DNA of 40,163 bases from a virus (Duplodnaviria; Heunggongvirae; Uroviricota; Caudoviricetes), in IMG/VR virus record IMGVR_UViG_2671180637_000025, positions 1 through 40,163 of that record. One strand, written 5' to 3'. The position numbers were made by a program, and so were the translations under genes. Below, in pieces: positions 17,779-27,282 of this stretch (within the stretch, counting starts at the first letter, position 1; the number at the start of each line of letters is the position of its first letter). The notes under the pieces are model-generated. The model saw nothing but the letters and a program-made list of their open reading frames with translations. It searched no databases and was not told the origin of the DNA.

Positions 17779-18474
17779 ATGAATTTATTTGAGCGTTTGC
17801 TGTATCGCCGTCTTTGCAATGAGCAACCAGTCGATGGTGGAGCAGCTCCGGCTGCGTCAGAACCGTCAGCGCCTGCAGGTGATAACCCTGCTCCAGTTGG
17901 TGATCCATCACAACAGGAAGGTGATAAGCCACAACCTGTTGCTGATGGCGATAAACCTGCTGATGACAAAAAGCCTGAAAACGATAAGCAGGATGAAAAA
18001 AAGGACGGCAATAAACCAGAGGGTGCGCCTGAGAAGTACGAGTTTCAGGCTGCCGAAGGCGTAGAGCTGGATACAGAAGCGTTGAAGGAATTCGAGCCGG
18101 TGGCGCGAGAACTTAACCTGACCAACGAGCAAGCGCAAAAGCTGGTTGATGCTTATCCGAAGATTCTGGCAGGTGTTCAGCAGCGCCAGGCAGAAGCCTG
18201 GCAGAAAACAACCGAGCAGTGGGCTGCGGATGTAAAAGCTGACAAAGAAATCGGTGGCGACAAGTTGATTTCTAACCTTAGCGCCGCACAGCGTGCGCTT
18301 GACCAGTTTGGGACACCTGAACTCAAAGAATATCTGAACACCACCGGGCTGGGTAATCACCCTGATCTGGTCAAAACGTTCGTGAAAATCGGAAAGGCGA
18401 TGTCTGAAGATGGCATGGTCACCGGTGGTAATGAAGGCCAGCGTAGTGCGGCCGAAGTGCTCTATGGCAAATAA
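17779..18474 (+). CDS. Scaffolding protein (acidic, Pro/Asp/Lys-rich N-terminus)
   Basis: ATG 17779 behind GGAG; position between portal and capsid; low-complexity acidic region. Confidence 0.6.
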   Translation: MNLFERLLYRRLCNEQPVDGGAAPAASEPSAPAGDNPAPVGDPSQQEGDKPQPVADGDKPADDKKPENDKQDEKKDGNKPEGAPEKYEFQAAEGVELDTEALKEFEPVARELNLTNEQAQKLVDAYPKILAGVQQRQAEAWQKTTEQWAADVKADKEIGGDKLISNLSAAQRALDQFGTPELKEYLNTTGLGNHPDLVKTFVKIGKAMSEDGMVTGGNEGQRSAAEVLYGK

Positions 18475-18488
18475 GAGAGGAAATAACA

Positions 18489-19475
18489 ATGGCTGTTAAA
18501 GGCTTAACTGCGCTAACGCTGGCTGACTGGGGTAAGCGCGTCGATCCAAACGGGAAAGTCGATAAGATTATCGAGCTTCTCGGTCAAACTAACCCGATCC
18601 TTCAGGATATGCCTTTTGTCGAAGGGAACCTTCCTACCGGACACCGAACCACCATTCGTTCTGGTTTACCTTCAGCCACCTGGCGTTTGCTGAACTATGG
18701 CGTACAGCCAAGCAAATCAACCACAGTGCAGGTCACCGACTCCGTTGGCATGCTGGAAACCTATGCTGAAGTCGATAAGTCACTGGCTGATCTGAACGGT
18801 AATACCGCCGAATTCCGCCTGTCTGAAGACCGCGCATTTATTGAAGCGATGAATCAGCAGATGGCGCAGACGCTGTTTTATGGTGACTCCAGCGTTAACC
18901 CTCAGCAGTTTATGGGACTGTCCTCCCGCTATTCCAGCCTGTCTGCGGGTAATGCTCAGAACATCATTGATGCTGGTGGCACGGGTACAGATAACACCTC
19001 AATCTGGTTAGTGGTGTGGGGCGAAAACACCGTGCATGGCATCTTCCCGAAAGGGCAGAAGGCTGGCATCCAGATGGAAGATAAAGGCCAGGTGACACTG
19101 GAAGATGCTAATGGCGGCAAGTACGAAGGCTACCGTACCCATTACAAATGGGACAACGGACTTGCTCTGCGTGATTGGCGTTATGTTGTTCGCATTGCAA
19201 ACATCGATGTCAGCAATCTTTCAGAACCTTCCTCTGCCGCAAATATTGCGAAGTTGATGGTTAAAGCACTGCATCGCATTCCAAACCGTGGCATGGGCCG
19301 CCCGGTGTTCTACATGAACCGCACTGTAGGCCAGGCTCTTGATCTGCAGTCTCTGGAGAAAACATCTCTGGCTATCAGCGTAAAAGAGACTGAAGGCGAG
19401 TGGTGGACTTCATTCCGTGGTGTACCAATCCGTGAAACTGATGCGCTTCTGGAAACAGAAGCCCGCGTGGTGTAA
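18489..19475 (+). CDS. Major capsid protein
   Basis: 328 aa; position after scaffold; strong RBS; followed by a stem-loop. Confidence 0.7.
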   Translation: MAVKGLTALTLADWGKRVDPNGKVDKIIELLGQTNPILQDMPFVEGNLPTGHRTTIRSGLPSATWRLLNYGVQPSKSTTVQVTDSVGMLETYAEVDKSLADLNGNTAEFRLSEDRAFIEAMNQQMAQTLFYGDSSVNPQQFMGLSSRYSSLSAGNAQNIIDAGGTGTDNTSIWLVVWGENTVHGIFPKGQKAGIQMEDKGQVTLEDANGGKYEGYRTHYKWDNGLALRDWRYVVRIANIDVSNLSEPSSAANIAKLMVKALHRIPNRGMGRPVFYMNRTVGQALDLQSLEKTSLAISVKETEGEWWTSFRGVPIRETDALLETEARVV

Positions 19476-19526
19476 CGCCTGTTATTAACCTGTGGGTCGT
19501 AACAGACCCACTAATGGAGAAAGAAG

Positions 19527-19964
19527 ATGATCACCGACAAACTGTTGATGTTCTCCGAAGCTCAGGCGGTTACGAATACCGCGGCTTCTACTGACGTAAT
19601 CGATCTCGGTCCAATTGACGGAAAACGTCGTGATATCGGCGTGGGTTACCCGCTTGAGTTTTGGGCGCTGGTTAACACAGCCGCCGCAGCAAGCGGTGAT
19701 GCAACTGTAAACATCCAGTTGCAGACGAGTGAGGATAACAGCTCATGGACCACTATTTATGATAGTGGTGCACTGGCAAAGACCGCCCTGACAGCAGGTA
19801 AACGAGTTGTTTCAGCAAAGGTGCCTGCCGGTGTTCAGCGATATCTGCGTGTTAACTACTCCGTCGCAACTGGCCCACTAACGGCTGGCGAATTCACTGC
19901 GGGTATCAGTCTTGATGTTGATGCCAATACGCCGTATCCGATCCGCTCAAAAGTAACTGGTTAA
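19527..19964 (+). CDS. Hypothetical virion protein (145 aa)
   Basis: ORF with RBS inside the structural operon. Confidence 0.5.
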   Translation: MITDKLLMFSEAQAVTNTAASTDVIDLGPIDGKRRDIGVGYPLEFWALVNTAAAASGDATVNIQLQTSEDNSSWTTIYDSGALAKTALTAGKRVVSAKVPAGVQRYLRVNYSVATGPLTAGEFTAGISLDVDANTPYPIRSKVTG

Positions 19965-19974
19965 GGTGATATCG

Positions 19975-20310
19975 ATGTCAGGTGAGAAACCAAGATACCG
20001 CGTTCTGCGCCTCTCTCATATCCATAACACTCTGTGGCCGGAGGGGGCAGAAATCGAATACGAAGGTGAGCCTGGTAGCGCACTGGAACCTGTTAACGAT
20101 GCAGCCAGACAGGCAAAAGCAAAAGTTGCAGGAAAGGTGTCAATGGCAGCAACCAGCACCAAAATCATCAACGATGTGTCAGATGATGGTGAACTGGATA
20201 AGCTCCGTGAAGAGTACGAATTGCTCTTTAACGAGAAGCCACACCATAACGCCAAAGCCGAAACGCTCCGCGAGAAGATCGCAGATAAGCGTAAAGAACT
20301 GGGCGTGTAA
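19975..20310 (+). CDS. Hypothetical virion-module protein (111 aa)
   Basis: ATG 19975 behind AAGGTG; alternative-frame ORF 19982..20392 judged spurious. Confidence 0.45.
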   Translation: MSGEKPRYRVLRLSHIHNTLWPEGAEIEYEGEPGSALEPVNDAARQAKAKVAGKVSMAATSTKIINDVSDDGELDKLREEYELLFNEKPHHNAKAETLREKIADKRKELGV

Positions 20311-20326
20311 GCCTCGCGGATCAGAC

Positions 20327-20348
20327 AAGGGGCTTCGGCCCCTTTATT
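20327..20348 (+). terminator. Intrinsic terminator/attenuator inside the virion operon
   Basis: Stem AAGGGGC / GCCCCTT with TTCG tetraloop followed by TATT. Confidence 0.45.
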
Positions 20349-20360
20349 GCAGGAGTGTAT

Positions 20361-20696
20361 ATGGAACTCGTAAACCTCAAAACCGGCACTGACAGCTACC
20401 AGGATGAGAGCGGAGAAACCAGAACTCGCGATGAATACCCGTGGGGGCTGTGCATCACGCTGAATAACGACACATTGAATAAGCTGAAGGCGCAACCTAA
20501 GGGCGTCGGAACAGAAGTGATGATAACTGCAAAGGCTGTTATTCGAGGCCTGTCTGCCAGAGAAACTGACGATGGCGTTAATCGCAGCGCCGATCTGCAG
20601 ATCACTGATATGGCGATCGCTCCTGTTTCCGGGGATGTAGAAAAATCAGCGGCTGAAACTCTGTACGGTAACGGAGGTGAGCGATGGCCTCTGTAG
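20361..20696 (+). CDS. Hypothetical virion-module protein (111 aa)
   Basis: ATG 20361 behind AGGAG. Confidence 0.45.
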   Translation: MELVNLKTGTDSYQDESGETRTRDEYPWGLCITLNNDTLNKLKAQPKGVGTEVMITAKAVIRGLSARETDDGVNRSADLQITDMAIAPVSGDVEKSAAETLYGNGGERWPL

Positions 20697-21289
20697 TAGA
20701 GATCTGTAATCGTGCGCTGTCCAATATTGGCAACAGCCGCAGCATTAACAGCCTGACGGAAGCCAGCAAGGAAGCGGGGGAATGTTCGCTGCACTTTGAG
20801 GCCTGCCGTGATGCTGTGCTTTCTGATTTTGACTGGAACTTTGCTACCAAACGCGTGGCGCTTGCAGATACGAGCAATCCACCGCCTGACTGGGAATATG
20901 CGTACCAATACCCGTCAGATTGTCTGCGCATTACTGAAATTATGCTTCCTGGTGTACGCAATCCAACAGCATCAATGCGCGTTCAGTACGAAGTTGGTGC
21001 AGACACCAACGGAACAGGAAAGTTGATCTACACAGACCAGCCTCAGGCATGGCTCAAGTATGTCTCTCGCGTTTCAGATGTGAACATGTTTGATGCCATT
21101 TTTATGGAGGCGTTAGCCTGGCGTCTTGCGGCAGCTATTAACATGGCGCTGACTGGGAATGCAGACCTCGGTACGTTTGCCCTCAATATGTACAATCGCG
21201 TGATTCTTAGTGCTGGCTCGCATAGCCAGAATGAATCACAGGAACCACAGCCACCGGTTGACGAGTTTACCATTGCGAGGTTGTCCTGA
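20684..21289 (+). CDS. Tail tubular protein A-like (T7 gp11-like)
   Basis: 201 aa; size and position before a ~820-aa gp12-like gene; weak N-terminal resemblance to recalled gp11. Confidence 0.5.
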   Translation: MASVVEICNRALSNIGNSRSINSLTEASKEAGECSLHFEACRDAVLSDFDWNFATKRVALADTSNPPPDWEYAYQYPSDCLRITEIMLPGVRNPTASMRVQYEVGADTNGTGKLIYTDQPQAWLKYVSRVSDVNMFDAIFMEALAWRLAAAINMALTGNADLGTFALNMYNRVILSAGSHSQNESQEPQPPVDEFTIARLS

Positions 21290-23760
21290 TGGCTATCAGT
21301 TGGATCCAGCCCAGCTTTGCCGGTGGTGAGATTGGACCGTCGTTGTACGGTCGTATCGACATGGCGAAGTACCAGGTGGCATTGCGCAAGTGCGATAACT
21401 TTATCGTGCGGCAGTATGGCGGCGTTGAGAATCGACCTGGTACGCGTTTTGTCGGTGCCGCCAAATACCCAAATCGGAAATGCCGCCTGATCCCGTTCCA
21501 GTTCTCGACGGTTCAGACTTATGCTCTGGAGTTCGGACACCAGTACATGCGCGTTATCAAAGATGGTGCGTTGGTGCTGAACAGCAGCAATGTTATTTAT
21601 GAAATTGCCACGCCATATACTGAAGCCGATCTGTTCCGAATTAAATTCACGCAAAGCGCAGACGTGCTTACGCTGGTTCATCCGGCATACCCGCCGAAAG
21701 AGTTGCGCCGCTATGCGCATGACAACTGGCAACTGGTTGATGTGGTAACGAAGAACGGGCCATTTGAAGATATCAATATTGACGAGTCAGTGACGGTTTA
21801 TGCCAGCGCCAGCACCGGGACAATTACGTTAACGGCAAGCGCCTCTATTTTTGGCGCGGAGCAGGTAGGCAAATTGTTCTATCTGGAACAGCCAGCAGTG
21901 GATTCTGTGCCGGTATGGGAAACCAGTAAGAGTACGTCGATTGGCGATATTCGCCGTGCAGACAGTAACTACTATCGCGCCGTTACAGCAGGCAAAACAG
22001 GTACTTTGCGCCCTTCTCATACAGAAGGCACATCATGGGATGGTTGGGGCGGATCCGGTGATGATGATACTGGCATTGAGTGGGAATATCTGCACAGTGG
22101 TTTTGGCATTGCCCGTATCACTGCTGCAAATGGAACTACTGCAACTGCCGAGGTGATTTCCTATATCCCTTCGCAGGTAGTTGGTGAGGATAATGCCAGC
22201 TATAAATGGGCTAAATATGCCTGGAATAGTGTTAACGGTTATCCTGGCACTGTTGTTTATTATCAACAACGTCTTTACTTCGCCGCATCGACTGCGTTCC
22301 CTCAGACTATCTGGGCCAGCCGTACTGGGGATTATAAGGATTTTGGCAAAAGCAATCCTACGCAGGATGACGATAGAATTATCTACACCTATGCCGGGCG
22401 TCAGGTTAATGAGATCCGCCACCTGATTGATGTTGGTTCGCTGGTGGCGCTGACTTCCGGAGGTGAGTACGTCATCACCGGCGACCAGAACAAAGTGTTA
22501 ACCCCATCATCATTTGCATTCAGCTCTCAGGGATCAAATGGCTCAAGCAACGTCCCACCAATTGCCGTGGCGAATATTGCTCTGTTCGTCCAGGAGAAAG
22601 GCAGTGTTGTCCGTGATCTGGCCTATTCATTCGATGTTGACGCCTATCAGGGGAACGACCTTACTATCCTTGCCAATCATCTTTTTCAGAAGCACAGCAT
22701 TGTTGACTGGTGCTTCTCGATTGTCCCTTACTCCAGTGCCTTCTGCATTCGTGATGACGGTAAATTACTGGTGATGACCTATTTGCGTGATCAGCAGGTT
22801 TTTGCATGGGCACCACAATCCAGTACCGGAAAATATGAAAGCACATGCAGTATCAGCGAAGGTAATGAAGATGCGGTGTATTTCGTCGTTAACCGAACCG
22901 TTAACGGGCAAACAGTGAGATACATCGAGCGACTGTCCAGCCGTTTATTTACCAGCGATGAAGATGCTTTCTTTGTTGATTCTGGCCTTAGCTATGATGG
23001 AAGAAATACGTCTGACAGAACGATGATCATCACTGGTGGTTCTGGCGAATGGGATTACCGCGCGGAATATACAATCAGTGTTTCTGGTGGTGCGTACTTC
23101 ACCAGTAGTGATGTTGGTGCGCAACTACAGTTTCCTTATACCGGAACCGATCCTGATACTGGCGATGAAGTGTCAAAAAAATTACGTTGCGACATTGTTT
23201 CTGTAACCAGCAATACCGCTGTAGTGGTTCGTGCTAACAGGAACGTCCCGCCATCCCTCAGGAATGTGGACACCACGAACTGGCAGATGGCGCGCCGGAC
23301 ATTTGGAGGCCTGTCTCATCTTGAGGGCCAGACCGTAAACATTCTTTCTGATGCGAATGTTGAGCCACAGAAAGTTGTTTCCGGAGGTGCCGTCACACTG
23401 GAATCTCCGGGGGCTGTAGTGCACATCGGCCTGCCAATAACTGCTGAATTCGAAACACTGGATATCAACATTAACGGACAGGAAACGCTGCTGGACAAAA
23501 AACAGGTGATCCCGTCCGTTACTCTGGTTGTGAATGCCAGCCGCGGCATCTGGGCGACTACGCCCGGCGGTAAATGGTACGAATATCCACAGCGTGAATT
23601 CGAGTTCTACGATGATCCTGTTGATGACGCTACCGGAAAAGTAGAAGTGAAACTGGACAGTAACTGGGGCAAAAACGGACGTGTAAGAATCCGTCAGCTT
23701 GACCCGTTGCCGCTGTCTGTTCTTGCCGTTATTCCTCGCCTTACTGTTGGGGGATTCTGA
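21289..23760 (+). CDS. Tail tubular protein B-like (T7 gp12-like)
   Basis: 823 aa; size and order; start overlaps upstream stop. Confidence 0.55.
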   Translation: MAISWIQPSFAGGEIGPSLYGRIDMAKYQVALRKCDNFIVRQYGGVENRPGTRFVGAAKYPNRKCRLIPFQFSTVQTYALEFGHQYMRVIKDGALVLNSSNVIYEIATPYTEADLFRIKFTQSADVLTLVHPAYPPKELRRYAHDNWQLVDVVTKNGPFEDINIDESVTVYASASTGTITLTASASIFGAEQVGKLFYLEQPAVDSVPVWETSKSTSIGDIRRADSNYYRAVTAGKTGTLRPSHTEGTSWDGWGGSGDDDTGIEWEYLHSGFGIARITAANGTTATAEVISYIPSQVVGEDNASYKWAKYAWNSVNGYPGTVVYYQQRLYFAASTAFPQTIWASRTGDYKDFGKSNPTQDDDRIIYTYAGRQVNEIRHLIDVGSLVALTSGGEYVITGDQNKVLTPSSFAFSSQGSNGSSNVPPIAVANIALFVQEKGSVVRDLAYSFDVDAYQGNDLTILANHLFQKHSIVDWCFSIVPYSSAFCIRDDGKLLVMTYLRDQQVFAWAPQSSTGKYESTCSISEGNEDAVYFVVNRTVNGQTVRYIERLSSRLFTSDEDAFFVDSGLSYDGRNTSDRTMIITGGSGEWDYRAEYTISVSGGAYFTSSDVGAQLQFPYTGTDPDTGDEVSKKLRCDIVSVTSNTAVVVRANRNVPPSLRNVDTTNWQMARRTFGGLSHLEGQTVNILSDANVEPQKVVSGGAVTLESPGAVVHIGLPITAEFETLDININGQETLLDKKQVIPSVTLVVNASRGIWATTPGGKWYEYPQREFEFYDDPVDDATGKVEVKLDSNWGKNGRVRIRQLDPLPLSVLAVIPRLTVGGF

Positions 23761-24224
23761 TGATCGACGTTCAAATTATTCCCGCTACCGAAGAGCATCT
23801 TCAGATGATTTTGCCGGATGTTCGTCAGGCTGATATTGACGAACTGTATGCGGTATCACTGATGACTACCGAAGATGCGCTGCGTGTTGGTCTTCGCACT
23901 GCGACTATGGCCTGGTCAGGGTTCGCGAACGGAGAACTGGTAACCATGTTTGGTGTATCTCCGGCGTCAATGATCGGTGGCAATGGTACGCCCTGGCTGG
24001 TCGGGACCAGCCGTATTGAAAAATATCAGAAGACATTTCTTCGCCACTGCCGCCCTGTGTTGCAGCAGATGCTGGCAGTTTATCCGCGCCTGGAAAACTA
24101 TGTCGACGAGCGAAACCATGTTGCCAAAGCATGGCTGCACTGGCTTGGATTCAGGATTGAGGAAGCCGCGCCTTATGGTGCTCTTGGTCTTAATTTCCAC
24201 AGATTTCACATGGAGAGAAAATAA
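23760..24224 (+). CDS. Internal virion protein, gp13-like
   Basis: 154 aa; position in the gp11-gp16-like series. Confidence 0.4.
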   Translation: MIDVQIIPATEEHLQMILPDVRQADIDELYAVSLMTTEDALRVGLRTATMAWSGFANGELVTMFGVSPASMIGGNGTPWLVGTSRIEKYQKTFLRHCRPVLQQMLAVYPRLENYVDERNHVAKAWLHWLGFRIEEAAPYGALGLNFHRFHMERK

Positions 24225-24769
24225 TGTGCGATCCGGTTATTGCTGGTGGCGCAATGCTCGCCATGAGTGGCATTCAGGCATACACCCAGTACCAACAGGG
24301 AAAATATGCCTCGAAGGTTGCAGAAGCGAACGCAGATATAGCCACTGCTCAGGCAAATGATGCAATAAACAGAGGTAACGCTGAAGCTGAGCAACGGCGC
24401 AGAGAAACCCGACAGCGGCTTGGTACACAGGCGGCGACAATGGGGGCGACCGGCGCTGATTTATCTACCGGTAACGCGCTGGATATATTTGGCGACACTG
24501 CCCAGTTTGGCGCCCTTGATTCGCTGACGACGGTGAATAACGCGCAACGCGAGGCTTACGGTTATCAGGTTCAGGCTGCCAATTATAAAGCAGAAGCCAG
24601 TTCAGCCCGTAAACAGGGGAATGTGGGAGCAGCAACAACATTGCTCACTGCGCCTCTGAAGGCATACGGTGCGTACCAGATGTTTGGTGGGACGTGGAGT
24701 CCGTTTACTCAAAGCACTCCTGCGCCAATCGGGGCAGCAGCAGGAACCAGATTACCCGGAGGATTATAA
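24224..24769 (+). CDS. Internal virion protein, T7 gp14-like
   Basis: 181 aa; N-terminus MCDPVIAGGAMLAMSGIQAY resembles recalled T7 gp14 MCWAAAIPIAISGAQAI. Confidence 0.55.
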   Translation: MCDPVIAGGAMLAMSGIQAYTQYQQGKYASKVAEANADIATAQANDAINRGNAEAEQRRRETRQRLGTQAATMGATGADLSTGNALDIFGDTAQFGALDSLTTVNNAQREAYGYQVQAANYKAEASSARKQGNVGAATTLLTAPLKAYGAYQMFGGTWSPFTQSTPAPIGAAAGTRLPGGL

Positions 24770-27282
24770 TGCCAGTCGTACCAACAGTATCCGGACGTCA
24801 GGTTGAGAGTCGTGGAGTTCAGTCAGCAGGCTTGCAGACGTTTTCTCAGCCAGGTATTGGTGATGCTTTTGTTCGGGCAGGGACAGAGGCAATTGATGTT
24901 TTGGGGCAGGCAAAACAGCGTGCCAATATCGCTCTGGCTCAGGAGGCATCTCTTAACCTCAGTCAGATAAGCAGCGATCTGCTGAATAATCCTGAAACAG
25001 GTTTGCTTAACCTGAAAGGGAAAAATGCTATTGGAAAAGGTCAGGAGTATACGCAGCAGTTTGATGCTCAGATCGAACAACTGGCTATGTCGCTGCCGGA
25101 TGAACAGGCTCGTAATGCTTTCATGCAGCAGGCACAGCAGCAGCGCATTCAGTTCACTACGCAGGCCGGGAGGTACGAGATAGGGCAAATAAATGCCTAC
25201 GAAGAAGGCCAGTTTCAGGCTACGCTGCTGAACAATGGTAAAAATGCCGCAGCATTGTATGGCGACAACGCCGCATACGTATTGGCTAATAAGCAAACTT
25301 TCCAGCAAATTGAGGATTACGGCATTGCACATGGCTGGATTGACGAGCAAATCCAGGCCAAGAAAATCGAGTTTAAAGAAGCAACAGCAAAAGCAACTGC
25401 TCAAAATGCTATTGGAGCAAACTATCTTCAGGTAAGACAGCAAAACGGCGAGTTAAGCGATACTGCTGCTGGATCTCGCCGTGCTGTAGCAGATAGTGGC
25501 TCTTCCGATCGTACCCGCGGTATACGCAACAATAACCCCGGCAATCTTGAATACAGCAAAACTAATCCGTGGGTTGGGCAGACTGGTGATGATGGGCGCT
25601 TTGCCAAATTCGAAACCCCTGAACACGGTATTCGTGCATTAGGGCGGAACCTGATGTCGTATCAGCGCCAGGGTATTGATACCGTTAGTGAGATAATTAA
25701 TCGCTGGGCACCGCCTACTGATAAAAATGACACTATGTCGTATATCAAAGCAGTGTGCGAACAACTTGGCGTTTCTGCTGATGAGCCTCTCGATGCATCA
25801 AATCCTGATACCCTGAAGGCGCTTTGTGCAGCCATTATCCATCATGAAAACGGTAGCCAGCCATACAGTGATCAGCAGTTAACTGCAGGTGTTAGTGCTG
25901 CGCTTGGGCTTTCTCAGCTACCGACAAAAAATAAACGTTATACCGGTGTAGCCTGGTTCGATGCTTTAAGTGAATCAGATCAGGCCAGCGTGTTGCGACA
26001 GACTGATGCACTAGCCAGACAACAGCAGGCTGAATATAAAACGATGCTCGACAGCCGGGTTCGCGATGCGACGGCTGCGTATATGCGTGGCGTTGAATTT
26101 CCTAACCCACCTGGTGAGGATGATTTTATTGCAGCTTATGGAGTCAGAGAAGGAAACCTGCGATATACCGAGTTTAAGAATACGCAGATCGCCGGACAGT
26201 ATATAGGCTCTTTCCGCAACATGCCGACAAGCAACATTACAGCATATGTTGAGCAATTACGCCCGGATACTGGTGAGACAGGGGAGGGGTATGCGGCACG
26301 CGCAGCTCTTTATGACAACGTTGTTTCGGCTGCAAATCAGGTGATAAAGCAGCGGCAGTCGGATCCTGTGCAGTTCTCTCTTGCCTCCGGACAGGCAAAG
26401 CCTATCGACATGAGCAATAAGGATAACTTTGGACAGAGCGTTGCCTTGCGTGCCGCTCAGGTCAGTGACCTTGCTAAGTCATATGGCACTCCACTGACGT
26501 TCTTTTCCAAAGACGAGGCCAATCAGATCGGTGTTTTCTTTCGTGATGCTCCAGTTTCCCAACAGGCAGCATATCTCGATACCATCAGGCAGAGCACTGG
26601 TGGTGGGCAGGTGTATATGTCAGCACTACAGCAGATCAGTGCCAACGCTCCATCTGCTGCCGTTGCCGGGATACTGATGGACAAGCCTGGTGGTATTTTG
26701 GCAGAAAAAAACTGGTTTAATCCGGATGTTTCCGTGTCTCCTGAAACCGCTGCGCAGACAATTCTTGCTGGCGCGGCGGCTCGTAAAGGTACTGATGATG
26801 CGAAAGGTATTACGATGCCTAAAGATGCTGATCTTCGCCTTGAGTTTTCTGACATGGTGAAGGATGCATTTGCTGGTGATGCTCAGGGGGCATCAATGGC
26901 ATACGAGATCGCAAAGGACTATTACGCTGGTGTGATGGCGAAAAAAGGCGTGGTATCAGGCGAAATTGACAATGATGTCTGGAAACAGGCTGTTAACGTA
27001 GCTACAGGTGGCGTGCATGACTATAACGGAATGGGGAATGTCCTTTTGCCGTGGGGAATGTCTGCAGAGCAATTCGATAAGCAGGTTAATCAGGCTTGGA
27101 ATGAACAAGTTGTCGGCACCGGGATAAAAACACCGCCTGGTCAGTATGGTTTGCAAAGTTATGGTGATAGTCAGTACCTGGTGAAACTTGGTACTGGTTA
27201 TCTGCTGAAAGATGATGGTTATCCTGTTGTTCTTGATCTGACACAGAAGCGTCAGAGATTCTCCGGAGATATTCCGCAATGA
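24769..27282 (+). CDS. Internal virion / ejection protein, gp15-like
   Basis: ATG 24769 overlapping upstream TAA, RBS GGAGGA; 837 aa; conserved block RGIRNNNPGNLEY...IINRWAPPTDKNDT that I cannot assign. Confidence 0.55.
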   Translation: MPVVPTVSGRQVESRGVQSAGLQTFSQPGIGDAFVRAGTEAIDVLGQAKQRANIALAQEASLNLSQISSDLLNNPETGLLNLKGKNAIGKGQEYTQQFDAQIEQLAMSLPDEQARNAFMQQAQQQRIQFTTQAGRYEIGQINAYEEGQFQATLLNNGKNAAALYGDNAAYVLANKQTFQQIEDYGIAHGWIDEQIQAKKIEFKEATAKATAQNAIGANYLQVRQQNGELSDTAAGSRRAVADSGSSDRTRGIRNNNPGNLEYSKTNPWVGQTGDDGRFAKFETPEHGIRALGRNLMSYQRQGIDTVSEIINRWAPPTDKNDTMSYIKAVCEQLGVSADEPLDASNPDTLKALCAAIIHHENGSQPYSDQQLTAGVSAALGLSQLPTKNKRYTGVAWFDALSESDQASVLRQTDALARQQQAEYKTMLDSRVRDATAAYMRGVEFPNPPGEDDFIAAYGVREGNLRYTEFKNTQIAGQYIGSFRNMPTSNITAYVEQLRPDTGETGEGYAARAALYDNVVSAANQVIKQRQSDPVQFSLASGQAKPIDMSNKDNFGQSVALRAAQVSDLAKSYGTPLTFFSKDEANQIGVFFRDAPVSQQAAYLDTIRQSTGGGQVYMSALQQISANAPSAAVAGILMDKPGGILAEKNWFNPDVSVSPETAAQTILAGAAARKGTDDAKGITMPKDADLRLEFSDMVKDAFAGDAQGASMAYEIAKDYYAGVMAKKGVVSGEIDNDVWKQAVNVATGGVHDYNGMGNVLLPWGMSAEQFDKQVNQAWNEQVVGTGIKTPPGQYGLQSYGDSQYLVKLGTGYLLKDDGYPVVLDLTQKRQRFSGDIPQ

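Noticed and set aside
17908-18489. 193-aa minus-strand ORF across the scaffold gene
   Set aside because: Antisense to the scaffold gene; Leu/Phe-rich translation of an acidic gene's reverse strand
19982-20392. 136-aa alternative-frame ORF overlapping 19975..20310
   Set aside because: Overlapping frame with Arg/Ser/Cys-rich translation and no RBS
20016-21732. Minus-strand ORFs of 119-229 aa across the virion operon
   Set aside because: Antisense to contiguous, translationally coupled structural genes
24823-25443. 206-aa minus-strand ORF inside the gp15-like gene, plus similar ones at 26523..26855, 28926..29294, 30112..30573, 37746..38417
   Set aside because: Antisense shadow ORFs inside long, well-supported genes
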